A DNA stretch of 63,496 bases, counting the filler, from Globobulimina sp. (Eukaryota), in NCBI GenBank assembly GCA_003354225.1. It is 40 parts of 40 records of this genome, joined end to end, with 100 filler letters (N's around TTAATTAATTAA, not from the genome) between each part and the next. Parts side by side here need not be neighbours in the genome. Positions count along the whole stretch, not along the records: positions 11,138 to 12,628 come from PIVH01015845.1; positions 12,729 to 14,219 come from PIVH01015846.1; positions 14,320 to 15,810 come from PIVH01015847.1; positions 15,911 to 17,401 come from PIVH01015848.1; positions 17,502 to 18,992 come from PIVH01015849.1; positions 19,093 to 20,583 come from PIVH01015850.1; positions 20,684 to 22,174 come from PIVH01015851.1; positions 22,275 to 23,765 come from PIVH01015852.1; 32 more parts are not named here. The stretch is one strand, 5' to 3'. Under the pieces are notes generated by a model, which made no database searches, had not been told where the DNA came from, and was given only the letters and a program-made list of their open reading frames with translations. Positions 11,138 to 22,989 of this stretch are shown one piece after another. The position numbers and the translations under genes were made by a program. The first letter of the stretch is position 1. Each line of letters begins with the position of its first letter.

Positions 11138-11427
11138 TTGCTGAGTTTGCTGTGTGTCATTTGAATGCTATTTTGTAACTGATGGTATTTTGCTTTGTCA
11201 ATGGTTGTAATTCGATGAATAACTTTGTTCCAAAAATCTTCGTAAAATGTAAATATAAAAAGTTGGAATACGAGAGCCAGAGTGAAGCACACGATGCATA
11301 TTGCATTTGCACATTGATGGTATTTATTTGCTACACATCCATCATATTTTAATTTATCATTATAATCAACAGATATCCATGGATTAATAGCTAAATGTAA
11401 AAGAAATATGTGTACATAGGCTAACAT
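11138..11427 (-). CDS. Membrane protein fragment of unknown function
   Basis: Two hydrophobic segments in the ORF; upstream part appears disrupted. Confidence 0.3.
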
Positions 11428-11996
11428 GAAGCATTAACAACAAAGAAATATGTGAGATTTGATCGAATGTAATAATAAAAGTAACAATAATAATCATAAA
11501 ATTGTATTTTATTTGTACGTGGTTGGCAATCCATTTTTGTTCAAACTGATCGAAGGATCTATTAATAGATTATAAAAATATAAATATGATTATGACATAT
11601 ACGGAATCTAAAAGTGTTAGGTCTGACTGCAGTGGTTGTACGGGAAGAGCCGTAATCAAATCCAAAGACAAAGAAGAGAGTGTAGAACATATTTATTTCA
11701 AATTTGTCACATTATGAAATGTGTGGTGAATCATTATTTCATGGGAAATTAATTAAATTGACACTTTCTGTAAAATAAAATAAGAAACAAACCTGATACA
11801 TCAATGGATAAATGATTTTCATGTTGTACTTGCATAATACTGATCAACCAAACTGGGGTTTGTGTACGTGTCAGCAGACTAATATTCTTTTCTGATGATT
11901 TTGTGCAAATATTTTTGCGTTTCCTTGACCAACACCACAATTGACATTATATGTTTCAATTCAAAACCTTAACTAATCTACTTCACTCTCATCATC

Positions 11997-12587
11997 ATGT
12001 CATTCTTTATTTGGACAGTATTGACACTTGTCTTCAATGCAAATGGAGAAACAATATATTGTGATGTCGACGAAGGAATCAGTTGTTCTTGCGACGCTAC
12101 TATTGCAGACGAAACATGTTATTTAGATTGCGCACGAGATGAGGCATGCAAAGATGGAAGAATTCAATGTCGACCTGGTGATGCTTGGTGTGTCTTAATT
12201 GTTTGTAATAATATAACATACATATATTTAATCACAGTGTTATTGATTGTACGGGCGAGGATGCGTGCGGTGGTAATTCGCAAATTATAGCATCAGGAGC
12301 AACTGCAGTCGCTGTTATTTGTGGGGATGAGACCTCTTGCAAAGGCAATACAGAAATATATTGTGGCACTGGTCATTGTCATATTGTATGTGCACAGGAT
12401 AACAGTTGCGAAGACACACTCATTCATTCGAGTACTGCCGCATCATTTGAATGTTCCCCGGCTTCACATTGTCAGCAAGCGGAGCATATTTCTGTTGCAG
12501 CCAAATTATCTGTCGTTTCTCCGAATGTTGAGTCAACGCCAGAAGCACCAGAATATGGTAAAAACCGTAAAATGAGAGTTGGAGAGG
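11997..12587 (+). CDS. Secreted Cys-rich repeat protein (intron 12188-12237; second donor at 12588), 3' partial
   Basis: Signal peptide; GT-AG splice restores the frame ...PGDAC VIDCTGEDACGG...ICGDETSCKG...CHIVCAQDNSCED. Confidence 0.75.
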
Positions 12588-13059
12588 GTATGCTACCTAT
12601 TTTGTTTGCAATTTATATGAAATCTATTNNNNNNNNNNNNNNNNNNNNNNNNNNNNNNNNNNNNNNNNNNNNTTAATTAATTAANNNNNNNNNNNNNNNN
12701 NNNNNNNNNNNNNNNNNNNNNNNNNNNNTGTGAATAGGACAATAGCATTGATCATATATCGCATGGCCATTGTTAAAGCAAATCATATTTTTTATCATTT
12801 TGCGATATTAGATTCTCATTTTTAAGTTTCGACTAATAAAGATTGGCAAGTTTGGATGACGTTGAGTTTCCCATTCAATTAATTAAAGGTTAGTCACAGT
12901 CGGGTTTTCTTTTTAAGCGACATAATACACTTAAAATTTAGAAAAAGAGCAAAAAGTAAGAAAAAAATAATTATTAATAAAATAAAAATAAAGAAAGGAA
13001 ATAGGTTTTAAAATACAATCTGTCTCATGATTTAAGCCATAATTAAATATCACAAATAA

Positions 13060-13925
13060 TCATTGCATTGGAAAGAGTGCATAATTAATATGATTATAAT
13101 TGAAAGTGTTAATACATTGATCAATGATCCTTTCATATTCATTTTGAAATCCATCATCTTTATCATTCAGCAATAACCAATCAAAATGTTGAATAATTTT
13201 ATTCCATTGATTTTCAACAACTGTATTTTGCTTTGTTTTGCCACGATGATTCTGTGAATGTTTAACATGAATCAAAATGTCATTGAAAAAGTCAACCAAT
13301 AAATCAAACGAATTATTCTCAATATCAAACACAATCAAATTATGTGTAATATTTCTATCATAGAAATATTTGAACACATCACAATGATAACGATACCACC
13401 ATTCTTTCCAAAATATAATCACAAACTTATCATCTTCAATATTGTTTTTTGGATAGTGATAACAGCTGAAAATATCTGGATTTAATCCAATGATTCACAT
13501 TTCTTATATTCAGAATAAATTTGGAATTGTACTGTTCAGCAAGTAATTGATACCACGGAATGTACATTGCATGCTTTACATCCTCAAAAACATCGCGTTC
13601 GGCAAACACTACAAAGTCTCCATAATATCTGATATGATTAGCATATGGTCCACGAACTGGCCATAAACGAGAGTGAATTGCGGGGATTCCATTCTCGTGA
13701 AATAAGTCATTTATTGAATCCAATTTGAAAAATGTAATAAGAAAAAGGAAGTGAAGAATTTGTTAAATTGTTTGGATTATAATTATATACAATATCTTCT
13801 TCAAAATTCGTATAATGTCTCATGTCAATATTTAGAAATTTGACAATAGACAATACCACAGCAATAATCAAAAACGACAATAACAACACCATTTTGCGAA
13901 TTTGCGTTGTACTTTGTAAAGCCAT
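13060..13925 (-). pseudogene. Type II membrane sulfotransferase-like (Sulfotransfer_4-like) gene, frameshifted
   Basis: TM anchor, IFQIGFNK broken just at the PAPS-binding loop, KFILNIRNVNHWIKSR, LIVFDIE spread over three ORFs. Confidence 0.65.
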
Positions 13926-14053
13926 GATGAGCAGAAATGTTTTTTTTTAAAATAATACATTAGTGGTTAATTTTACATTTATTGCATAGATTGGTCTCTT
14001 CTTTCATATGCCAGAATCCTGGAAAATCTATCCGTGCACTGTCGTCTATGAGG

Positions 14054-14096
14054 TGAGAACCCTGATATTAACATTTTCTTAAAGTGAGCTAGTCAT
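14054..14096. repeat. 43-bp dispersed repeat, inverted copy at 42790-42832
   Basis: TGAGAACCCTGATATTAA(C/G)ATTTTCTT(A/G)AAGTGAGCTAGTCAT, 41/43 identical. Confidence 0.9.
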
Positions 14097-14319
14097 CCAT
14101 TAGAGTTTTCCTATTTGACCTTGATTTTGCTCATGATCAACTTTTTTTAATCATTTGCGAATTGTTAGAGAAAAAGCTTAAGTAAATGTTCGTCTAATCC
14201 TTATTTATAATACAGTACGNNNNNNNNNNNNNNNNNNNNNNNNNNNNNNNNNNNNNNNNNNNNTTAATTAATTAANNNNNNNNNNNNNNNNNNNNNNNNN
14301 NNNNNNNNNNNNNNNNNNN

Positions 14320-14787
14320 TTTATTGGTCGTTAATTGTGGTTTAACTATTTTTTGACTAGAAACGATCGATGAGCAAATGCCAGAAGATACGGTTACGTC
14401 AGGCGAAATAAAAACGTCTGTCTTTACAGCACTACTAGACGGCATAGGCGAGACAGCCTGACTATTCATTCTATCATTAAAAACGGTCGGACTAAAAACG
14501 TTAGTTTTACAAATGTCTCTGCTATCTGACTCAATATCACCGCACGACTGTGTTCTGCGACGTAGCTGATTGTTTGCTTGATTCCGTGCTTGCCAATATA
14601 ATGTCTCTTTATTTGTGGATTGAAATGGCATTTTGCAAATATTATGTAGGGGGGCAGCGGCCGGATGGTATTTCGCCATTTTCGCTTCCTAATGGAAGGA
14701 TCACACGTTATGCACAGGGAAATTAATGTGTGTATAATACAGGCAAGACCGTAGTACAATAACCGGGACCGATGTCACCAATTTGTA
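14320..14787 (-). mobile_element. Possible LTR retrotransposon 5' internal region: LTR end, primer-binding site, start of gag-like ORF
   Basis: Minus strand ...TTACA-AAT-TGGTGACATCGGTCCCGG (14780-14763) then ORF from 14679 open to the contig end. Confidence 0.4.
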
Positions 14788-15910
14788 ATATCAATGTGTA
14801 TGTATATTATATGATGGTCAATATATTTGGTCCCACCGAGAGTTCTACTCTGGGGTTCCAGCTAGATGACAACTAAGCACACTATTGAATATAAGATTGG
14901 GTAGCGTAAACCGATATCGGATGGCATGGATACGAAACACACCCGGCTTGTGAATACGGCCAAGTCTGTTGATCGACTTGTTTTAATGTACCTTTTCTTG
15001 TGGCGACGACGAACGTGAACAAAGCCACTGCTACCAGACGACGGAAGAGCTAACAGGTGTTTGAGCCACGGAAAACCAAAAGACTTTTATAGGAAGCTCG
15101 GCACGGGAGACAAAGCCCAAGGTGGATGAGGGCACAACAAACGCATAAAATACCGACAAAACTGCAGAGTAATATATACAAGAGAGTTCCGAAAAGTAGA
15201 CTGAATGATCGATCTCAAATCACTTATCAGATGATACAGTTCGCATTGTAGCTGCATTGTTCTGGTCAGCCATAGGCAAATTTCCGTCGATCACGCCACC
15301 AGAATGAGCTGATTTGAGCTGATTGACTACCGCGTGCCATAATCGGTTGTGATTTGTCATATGTCCTGATAGAATTGCGCGGCAGATTCAAATGGTTGAT
15401 TTCGCAATGATGATATCAATGCTTTGATATCATATGCCTCCCTGCTCATCCTTTGATGTAATTGAGTGGTTGGCCGATCCTGGAATGATCCACTATTGAC
15501 TGACCTGCAAATAGTTGGAATTTACGAAAATTTCTATGCACAGCACTTCATATTGGTGGTAATTGATACTGTATACTGATATATTATGGTTGATGACAAC
15601 TGATATACCATTCATTGTACTGCGAGCTACTACACTACAAAAGTACTTTGGGTGTTAGCTATAGTTTGGGGTTAGTGTTAATACAAAACATACTACTATA
15701 CTGTGTACATACTGTATGCATGGTGACATTTGGTGGAAAAACTTCAAAATTTGAAGTGTATGTACTGTAATAATGTACCATAAAATTATGTTAAAACATA
15801 ATTCCCTCCCNNNNNNNNNNNNNNNNNNNNNNNNNNNNNNNNNNNNNNNNNNNNTTAATTAATTAANNNNNNNNNNNNNNNNNNNNNNNNNNNNNNNNNN
15901 NNNNNNNNNN

Positions 15911-16676
15911 CTTTGTCATCCACCAGAAAACTCTGGACCCCTTCCTCTGGTTCTATTACAGAATGCATAAGTTTGACGGCCAGCGGTTTACTCAAATGAA
16001 AGGCAAACTGACTGACGATCTTTTTGAGCGTTTTCTGTTGGCAATAACGCGCTTTGGGCACGAATACCTCGAGAACCATGTTAGGATAACGATGCTGTAC
16101 TACTGCTGTAGTATCCAACTTCAATTGTGCTGATCTCTTTCTGATAATGCTCAGTACGTTTAGAACCATCAGAGCGTGATCACGGGAATACATCATAACA
16201 ATATAATCAAAATCTTTGAACTCCAGTCTAAGATAGGCCACATCTTAGGGATGAAAGCAGTGCTGATTTCTGAAGGTGTAGCCCAGGCATATAGTCGTCT
16301 CCATGCCTCTTCACCAATAATACCTTTGACCACTCGAGTTGGTACTTTGATTGTTTCATGTTAGAATGTAGTTCCTCTTCTTCTGATGTACTACTTTCGG
16401 TCATTGAAGTTTCTCCATCCGGGACAGTATTTTTTTCGGAGTCATGCAGTAGGGACGTACTTCAATACACTCTTCTGTTCCATCATCTACAGCGACAACT
16501 ACATTCCTCATTATTATATCCTTTGGAGCATCTGATCCCACGTATCGTATGTCCGGAACACGATTTTCGTTGGCATATACAAAACTCGTTATTACTCCAA
16601 TTGTCTCTTCCACTTGTATCCGATGTGTAAATTGTCCAACTTCTGCATACATACAGCAGCGAGTACCACATGGCAT
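15911..16676 (-). pseudogene. Frameshifted coding remnant, family not recognised
   Basis: Consecutive protein-like minus-strand ORFs (16676-16401, 16241-15911) bridged by a third frame. Confidence 0.3.
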
Positions 16677-17501
16677 CAGGATAGGATGCCCAGGTAAACC
16701 TTCGCTATTCCATACATCATAACGTTGGTCCTATTTGAATACGCAATAAAACGCGATCATTACGTATAAATTAAGTTACATATGGTTGTTAAAAAATCAA
16801 CTGTGGCTCTCTCATCGTCACCCCAAGCCTTTGCTTCTTCGCTTGGTGTACAGAACTTGTCAATAGATTCCCCTTGATAGTCTCTTTATTATGGGGGGTA
16901 CTAAGCAACAATTTTTCAACAACAAGCTCTGTCTCTATAGCCAGACTTTCTCAAGATTTTGAGGTGCCTTAAAAGGTATCCCCTTAGAAATTTTAAACTT
17001 GACCTTGTTTGGGCTTGTTTATTTTGCCACAAAATCTGGAATTAACAACCATATTTGTAATTGATGGAAAAAAATTTCTTTGAATTATTAACTCACTTTA
17101 CCAATCTACACCCGCAGCGCAAAGGACATGAAAATGGTGTCGACCCCATCATCATGCCATTCGCTCTGTTAATTGTTTTACCTATTGATATATGCTATAT
17201 ACAGTGTGGACTTGGGAATGGTGTCGGCAATATACTACTACATGTAACACAACAACACTGGTCAACAGTGCAACTAAAACTTCAGCATTACAGTTATCAG
17301 TCAGATTTAATCAAAGTCATTCAGACAGGCATTATTATTTTTTTAAAAAATACAAATCTGATAAACAACAGAAAAAAAAACAACACTATAATTCAGTTTA
17401 ANNNNNNNNNNNNNNNNNNNNNNNNNNNNNNNNNNNNNNNNNNNNTTAATTAATTAANNNNNNNNNNNNNNNNNNNNNNNNNNNNNNNNNNNNNNNNNNN
17501 N

Positions 17502-18992
17502 ATGATTCATAATCGGCTCAATCAATTCTTTATCATTTTTTGCTTGCTTTACAAAACAAATTAGAAATTGCAGAAATTTACATTTCTGTTTATTATTTAA
17601 TTTACAATCTTTATCTGCATTCAATTGAATAATTTTATTGCAAATTAAATTTATTTCAGTTAAGCCATCCATTGCCAATAAATAACAACAATCCAATTCA
17701 TTCTTTACTGAAATATCAATTAATTGACACAATCGATTGAACCTTTTCTTTGTTAATAAAAACAAAACATAATATAATAAAATATAACAACACAATGACG
17801 ATTCTTTGCTCCATTTAACAATATCTTCATTTAATACATATTCAATCTCATTCACTGCGTCCACCGGTAATGAATCAATGTAAATCGACAGAGTTAATAA
17901 TGGATCAAATTGAAACAAAACAATCTGTGTATCCCTATTATTATTATTTTGAGTTTTGTATGTTTTTGGGGAGACAGCAACAGATAAAATGGTAGTTAAT
18001 AGACATAAAGATTTTGAATCTCGTGGCAATATCTGTTTATTTGCGATATCTTGCAATAAATGAATATAACTCTTAAATAGTGTCGATTTTATATACGGAA
18101 TGCATAAAAACATTGAGGTTGCTGGCTCCATTAATAATTTATAAATCTCATTAATTTCTAAATCATCGCTATAATATATCATTTTGATTAGCTTCCAAAT
18201 AATATCATTCTCATTGATCAGCAGTCGGTGTGCGTGGTCGTACAAAGCGCACGAGATATCAACGCGAAAATTGCTGAATGATATCAATTCATTCCAGTGG
18301 CACTCACTATTTTCATTCAGGGATTTTAAATAATACTTTTCGATGTTTTGGATGCTGCGATTAAACAATATCTCGGAGGAACCGATATCGTTCACTATTA
18401 ATTTAAGAGTATCATTGTTCGCTCGCTTTATTTTTGTTAATTGAATGTATAAATTATTATTATTATCATTGAAATCATGATCATCAAATTTAAAAATGTG
18501 ATCAAAATAAGAGGAGCCATCATCATTGCAAATGGATGTTAAATAATTATTGAATAAAATTGAAGCAAACTCACGATCAAAAAGTGTCAATTTATGAGAC
18601 CAGATTTGTCGCTTTATGTTTATGGGGAAATCGAGCAATAAATCTTGATTTTTATGATCGCAAAGTAGGCGCAATACAGATTTAGGAATTATGTCCAGTC
18701 GCGATAATATTTCGACATTTAATTGCTTGAATTGTTGGATGCGAATAAAGCGCAAAGAATGGCGTAAAATATTCAATAATTTCTTTTTATTATTGTCTGA
18801 ATAATCTGAGTCGGATTGCAATTGTGAGTTTAATGTATTATTTAAAAATTCTGACAATAATTTGGAATGGATTTTATGTAATAACAGTGATGGATTGTTA
18901 TTAAAACCCAATTTTCTTATGATTGAACCAATTTGTTCTCCATTTAAATGCGGTACAATTAACTCTTCAATTTGTGACTTTTGCCATTTTTT
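17502..18992 (-). CDS. NELFB: NELF-B / COBRA1-like negative elongation factor subunit (partial)
   Basis: KLLNILRHSLRFIRIQQFKQLNVEILSRLDIIP...FPINIKRQIW...LFDRE, LIVNDIGSSEILF, FSNFRVDISCALYD are colinear with remembered NELF-B blocks (VKRQIW, YCTLRAELLMSLHD). Confidence 0.75.
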
Positions 18993-19139
18993 NNNNNNNN
19001 NNNNNNNNNNNNNNNNNNNNNNNNNNNNNNNNNNNNTTAATTAATTAANNNNNNNNNNNNNNNNNNNNNNNNNNNNNNNNNNNNNNNNNNNNATAATTAA
19101 ATAATATAATAATATCCATAATTCATATCCATTCCATCT

Positions 19140-19229
19140 CATCACCGTAGGATTCGAACCTACATCCATTAATTCCATTTGGTTTGCTTTCCATTCAAAC
19201 CAATGCTCTGCCAATTGAGCTAGGTGCTT
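19140..19229 (-). ncRNA. tRNA-like cloverleaf with enlarged anticodon and variable regions
   Basis: GCACC-TA-GCTC AATTGGCA GAGC-A-TTGGTTTG AATGGAAAG CAAACCAA-15 nt-GTAGG TTCGAAT CCTAC-GGTGA. Confidence 0.65.
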
Positions 19230-19300
19230 ATATAATTCCTATGTGGAGGACTATTTTTCAAATGAATTATAAATTTAGATATTACAAAAATAAATAATAG

Positions 19301-20314
19301 CTAGGACAAGAAGGCCTGATCGATGCACTCGGCAATCAGATGAATGGCGTGATTGACATCGGGCAGAATGTAATTGAAATTGAGGAAGGCGTGCGGCGCA
19401 AACTTGTAAATCTTGAGTTTGACGTCGACGTTGACATCTTTGTTGGAGAGGCGATGCGCAAAATCGATGGAATCGTCCAAAAACGGGTCCAATCCGCCCA
19501 CCACGATGCTCGTCGGCGGGAAGGACGACAACAAATAATCGGGCGCAGCAATCAGCGGCGAGATGAGAGGGTCGTTCTCGTCGTCGCAGATAGTCGGCGT
19601 CAGATAGTATTTGGTTAACTGCACGATCAGATTCATGGGAACCAGCGGGTCCATATTGAACAGCAGCCGACTCGTTGTGGGCGCCGCCAATCGCAGCGAC
19701 AAGATCGGAGACGTCAAGACCAACACGTCCGGCACTCGCAGACCGCACTGAATGATGTTCAATATCATGGACACTGCCAAGCCGCCGCCATTGCTATCTC
19801 CGATCACCGCGATCCGCCGCGCATTGAAGCCCAGGCGGCCATAACACAAACATTTGTACGCCAGGATGCATTCTTGTAACTGCGACGGCCATTTGCTTGG
19901 CAATAAGGAATAGTCCACCTCCACAATGGGCGCGTTCACCAACTGGCTCCATTGCGACAAGATTCGCAGATCTGAGGCACAGAAATTGCCCAAAAAACCG
20001 CCGCCGTGGATATAAAAAATCACTCCATTCTCCTGCTTGCGATTCACATTCCGATTCAGATTCGGCTCGCAATCTGACAATAAATCCAAGTCCGAATCTG
20101 TGTCGCCGTCGCCGTCGGCACTCCGCTCAGAATCGAGGTGATGCGCCGGATACTGATAGTTTGCCGCCATCTTGTTTTGCTGCATCAGGTTGGATTGGAT
20201 GGGCTCGTTCAGAAAATCGGCGCCGTCCGAAGCCGCAACGGACACATAATCCGGTTTGATGTTCAATTTCTCGGTGGCGAAGATTTTGATGCGCACTGTG
20301 TCGATGTTATGCAA
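19301..20314 (-). CDS. Hormone-sensitive lipase family alpha/beta hydrolase (last exon)
   Basis: HGGGF, VDYSL, GDSNGG, DPFLDDS, PHAF. Confidence 0.9.
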   Translation of the reverse strand: MHNIDTVRIKIFATEKLNIKPDYVSVAASDGADFLNEPIQSNLMQQNKMAANYQYPAHHLDSERSADGDGDTDSDLDLLSDCEPNLNRNVNRKQENGVIFYIHGGGFLGNFCASDLRILSQWSQLVNAPIVEVDYSLLPSKWPSQLQECILAYKCLCYGRLGFNARRIAVIGDSNGGGLAVSMILNIIQCGLRVPDVLVLTSPILSLRLAAPTTSRLLFNMDPLVPMNLIVQLTKYYLTPTICDDENDPLISPLIAAPDYLLSSFPPTSIVVGGLDPFLDDSIDFAHRLSNKDVNVDVKLKIYKFAPHAFLNFNYILPDVNHAIHLIAECIDQAFLS

Positions 20315-20683
20315 TTTCTTCTTCTTCGCAGTGTCAATATTTCTTCTTTCAAACTTAAAAATTTACTTTTTTCAATGAAAAGTTCAAATTGGCTGAAACC
20401 ACCATAATCATTATGGTTTGGTTCAGGATGAATGCGTCGTTTTTGTGTTTTATCACCGAAATGTTTCCAATAAAAAAATGAAGAACCAGTGCTAAGCGCC
20501 TTTCCTTTGACTGACGAAAAAGAGAGAATAAAAAATAAAAAATGCGAAAACAAACATACATTTCTGTTGTTGTACATATTTGCNNNNNNNNNNNNNNNNN
20601 NNNNNNNNNNNNNNNNNNNNNNNNNNNTTAATTAATTAANNNNNNNNNNNNNNNNNNNNNNNNNNNNNNNNNNNNNNNNNNNN

Positions 20684-22174
20684 TGACTTTGATGAAAAAA
20701 CAGATCAAGGTAGAAAAATTAAAAATTCATATAAACCGCATCCATGTTCAACACGATTTTGTGATATTACACCAACAATAAAAGATTATGAAGAACAATA
20801 CAATAAATTGTTGATGACAGTGCAACGACATGAATGTAGAGTTGGACCAACTGGTTGTTTACGAAAAAAAAAGGCAAAAAAGAAATACAATGTAGATTTC
20901 ATTTTCCTAAACCTATTGATCCAGTCACACAAATTTCATTTGGTAAAAACAAAGAAGGATTTATTAGAGCAAAAATTTTAATTAAAACAAATGATTCACA
21001 TTTAAATCAATGCGAAAAATGTCAAATTATGGGACACGCTGCTAACGTTGACATGCAAATTATGCTAGATTTTCATGTTGCTATTAATTATGCCGCAAAA
21101 TATTCATGCAAAGGTGAGAAAACAACACATGATGTTGAAGAAACATTAGAAGCCATTGAAAAATATAGTAATTATTCAGATCATGGCACTAAAGCATGGC
21201 ATAAATTAATGATGAAATTTGGGCAACAGCGAAATTATTCAGCTCAAGAGGTAATGTTCCATAATTTAAGTATACCGTTAGTGGAACATCCAAATCTGGT
21301 GTTTCAAGATATAAATTTATATCCTTCATTTACGTGTTATGTTGATAGAAAAACAAAAACATGGAAAACACCAAAAAATATTGTGGATGTTTATGCCGAA
21401 AGATTAAAATATAAAAATAAAGTAGAGTTTAAAGATATAAACTGGGATAATATGAACTTAGACACATTTGTAAGAACATTTAAAGTGACTAAATTGTCAA
21501 GCGAAGAACCAGTTTTAACAAAACGAAAAAAAAGTAATAAAAACGAGGCAAAAACAAAATTTCATATAATTAATTGGATACCCGAAATTAAAGTCCAAAA
21601 AGGCAAAAACCTTACAAAATGGTATGAATGTGAATTATTAAAATATCATTGCTGGAGTGATCAACCTAACACTGTTTTACCGGATGATATTCGCTCTTTA
21701 ACAGGAGACGCTAGAGACATTGCAGTTAAAGAATATTATCAAAAATTTATTAAAAAACATAAAGATATTTTAGATGTGAATGTTGTTAATGCAGAGAAAT
21801 TGTTAGAAGTTGAAATTGAAGAAGTAGAATTTATGGAGATTGAAGAATGTATTGAAGATGAAGATGGCATCTTGGAATTTTCTAAAGGAGAACAAGGAAA
21901 AATATCTGACAATACATTATTTCCAATATTTGATGACACTTCGTTAGAATACGACTGGAATGAGCATTCAGCTGAATTCTCTCCTACAGAAATTACAGAA
22001 TTACAGACATGGCTACACACACAAAAGAAAATCCATAAAATTAAGCGAAAACAAAAAAAGATTGACATTTCTAAATATAAATTAAAGCAAAAAATAGCAT
22101 ATAAAATGGTTGAAAATCATTTTGTTGATCCAAATATAAATAAAAAACAATTATTAGCAATTTTCACTGGAACA
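20684..22174 (+). mobile_element. Helitron/Helentron RepHel protein (end of HUH Rep to start of PIF1 helicase), one frameshift in an A9 run at 20864-20872
   Basis: VQRHEC..CLR, CRFHFP, ANVDMQ, YAAKYSCKGE, RNYSAQEV, ending at LLAIFTGT (start of Walker A). Confidence 0.88.
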
Positions 22175-22274
22175 NNNNNNNNNNNNNNNNNNNNNNNNNN
22201 NNNNNNNNNNNNNNNNNNTTAATTAATTAANNNNNNNNNNNNNNNNNNNNNNNNNNNNNNNNNNNNNNNNNNNN

Positions 22275-22989
22275 TAGGGGTGTCCGATAAGTACTGATTT
22301 TTTTTCCTGTTTGAAAAGGTTTTTTTTTTTGAGTACTGATCTTATCAAACACCTCGCCAATCGTCGTTATGCCCGTGTCTCGTCATTATATAGTGACGAT
22401 ATTATAGAACCAAGTTTATTTGCAAATTACAAACGCATAGCTCGAGTCCAATCATGATCAATCTCAACATTTTTTTACATTTTCAGTTTGTTTACCTTGC
22501 ACTAAAAACATCCATACACAAAACAAACAAAACATGGACACAACATGGACACAATGATTGGGATTTGAACCCAATTAAATAGTATATGTTCTACTTAAGC
22601 ACCATCACAACAAAATGGATAGTATTGGTGCTTTGTGTGATGACACACCAATATATGTAATAATATTTATATAAATCAATATATGTGTTGTTTTTGTTTT
22701 TTGTGTCACTATAAATATCATTTCATAAAAATAATCCATTTGTCCCATCCATTTTACACTGCAGACACAATCACGTAAATACAACATGAAAATGGAAGCA
22801 TGCATCATAGAATTTTACATTTTTACAGTAAAAAAACATGCTTCAGACCTATTTCCAAATCAAGGAATTCGATTCACAGTGTAATCATCGGCAGGATTCT
22901 TTCCTTTTCTTTGGCACTTATCGACATGATTGAAAAAAAAGGTTGTTTGAAAAGTTTTTGAAAAAATCAGTACTTATCGGACACCCCTA
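22275..22989. mobile_element. 715-bp non-autonomous TIR element (MITE), probably Tc1/mariner-like
   Basis: Perfect 29-bp inverted ends TAGGGGTGTCCGATAAGTACTGATTTTTT. Confidence 0.9.
22551..22608 (-). ncRNA. Degenerate tRNA-like element inside the MITE
   Basis: GTGATGG-T-GCTT AAGTA GAAC-...-TTGGG TTCAAAT CCCAA-TCATTGT; same T stem as the 3325 and 4262 copies. Confidence 0.5.
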
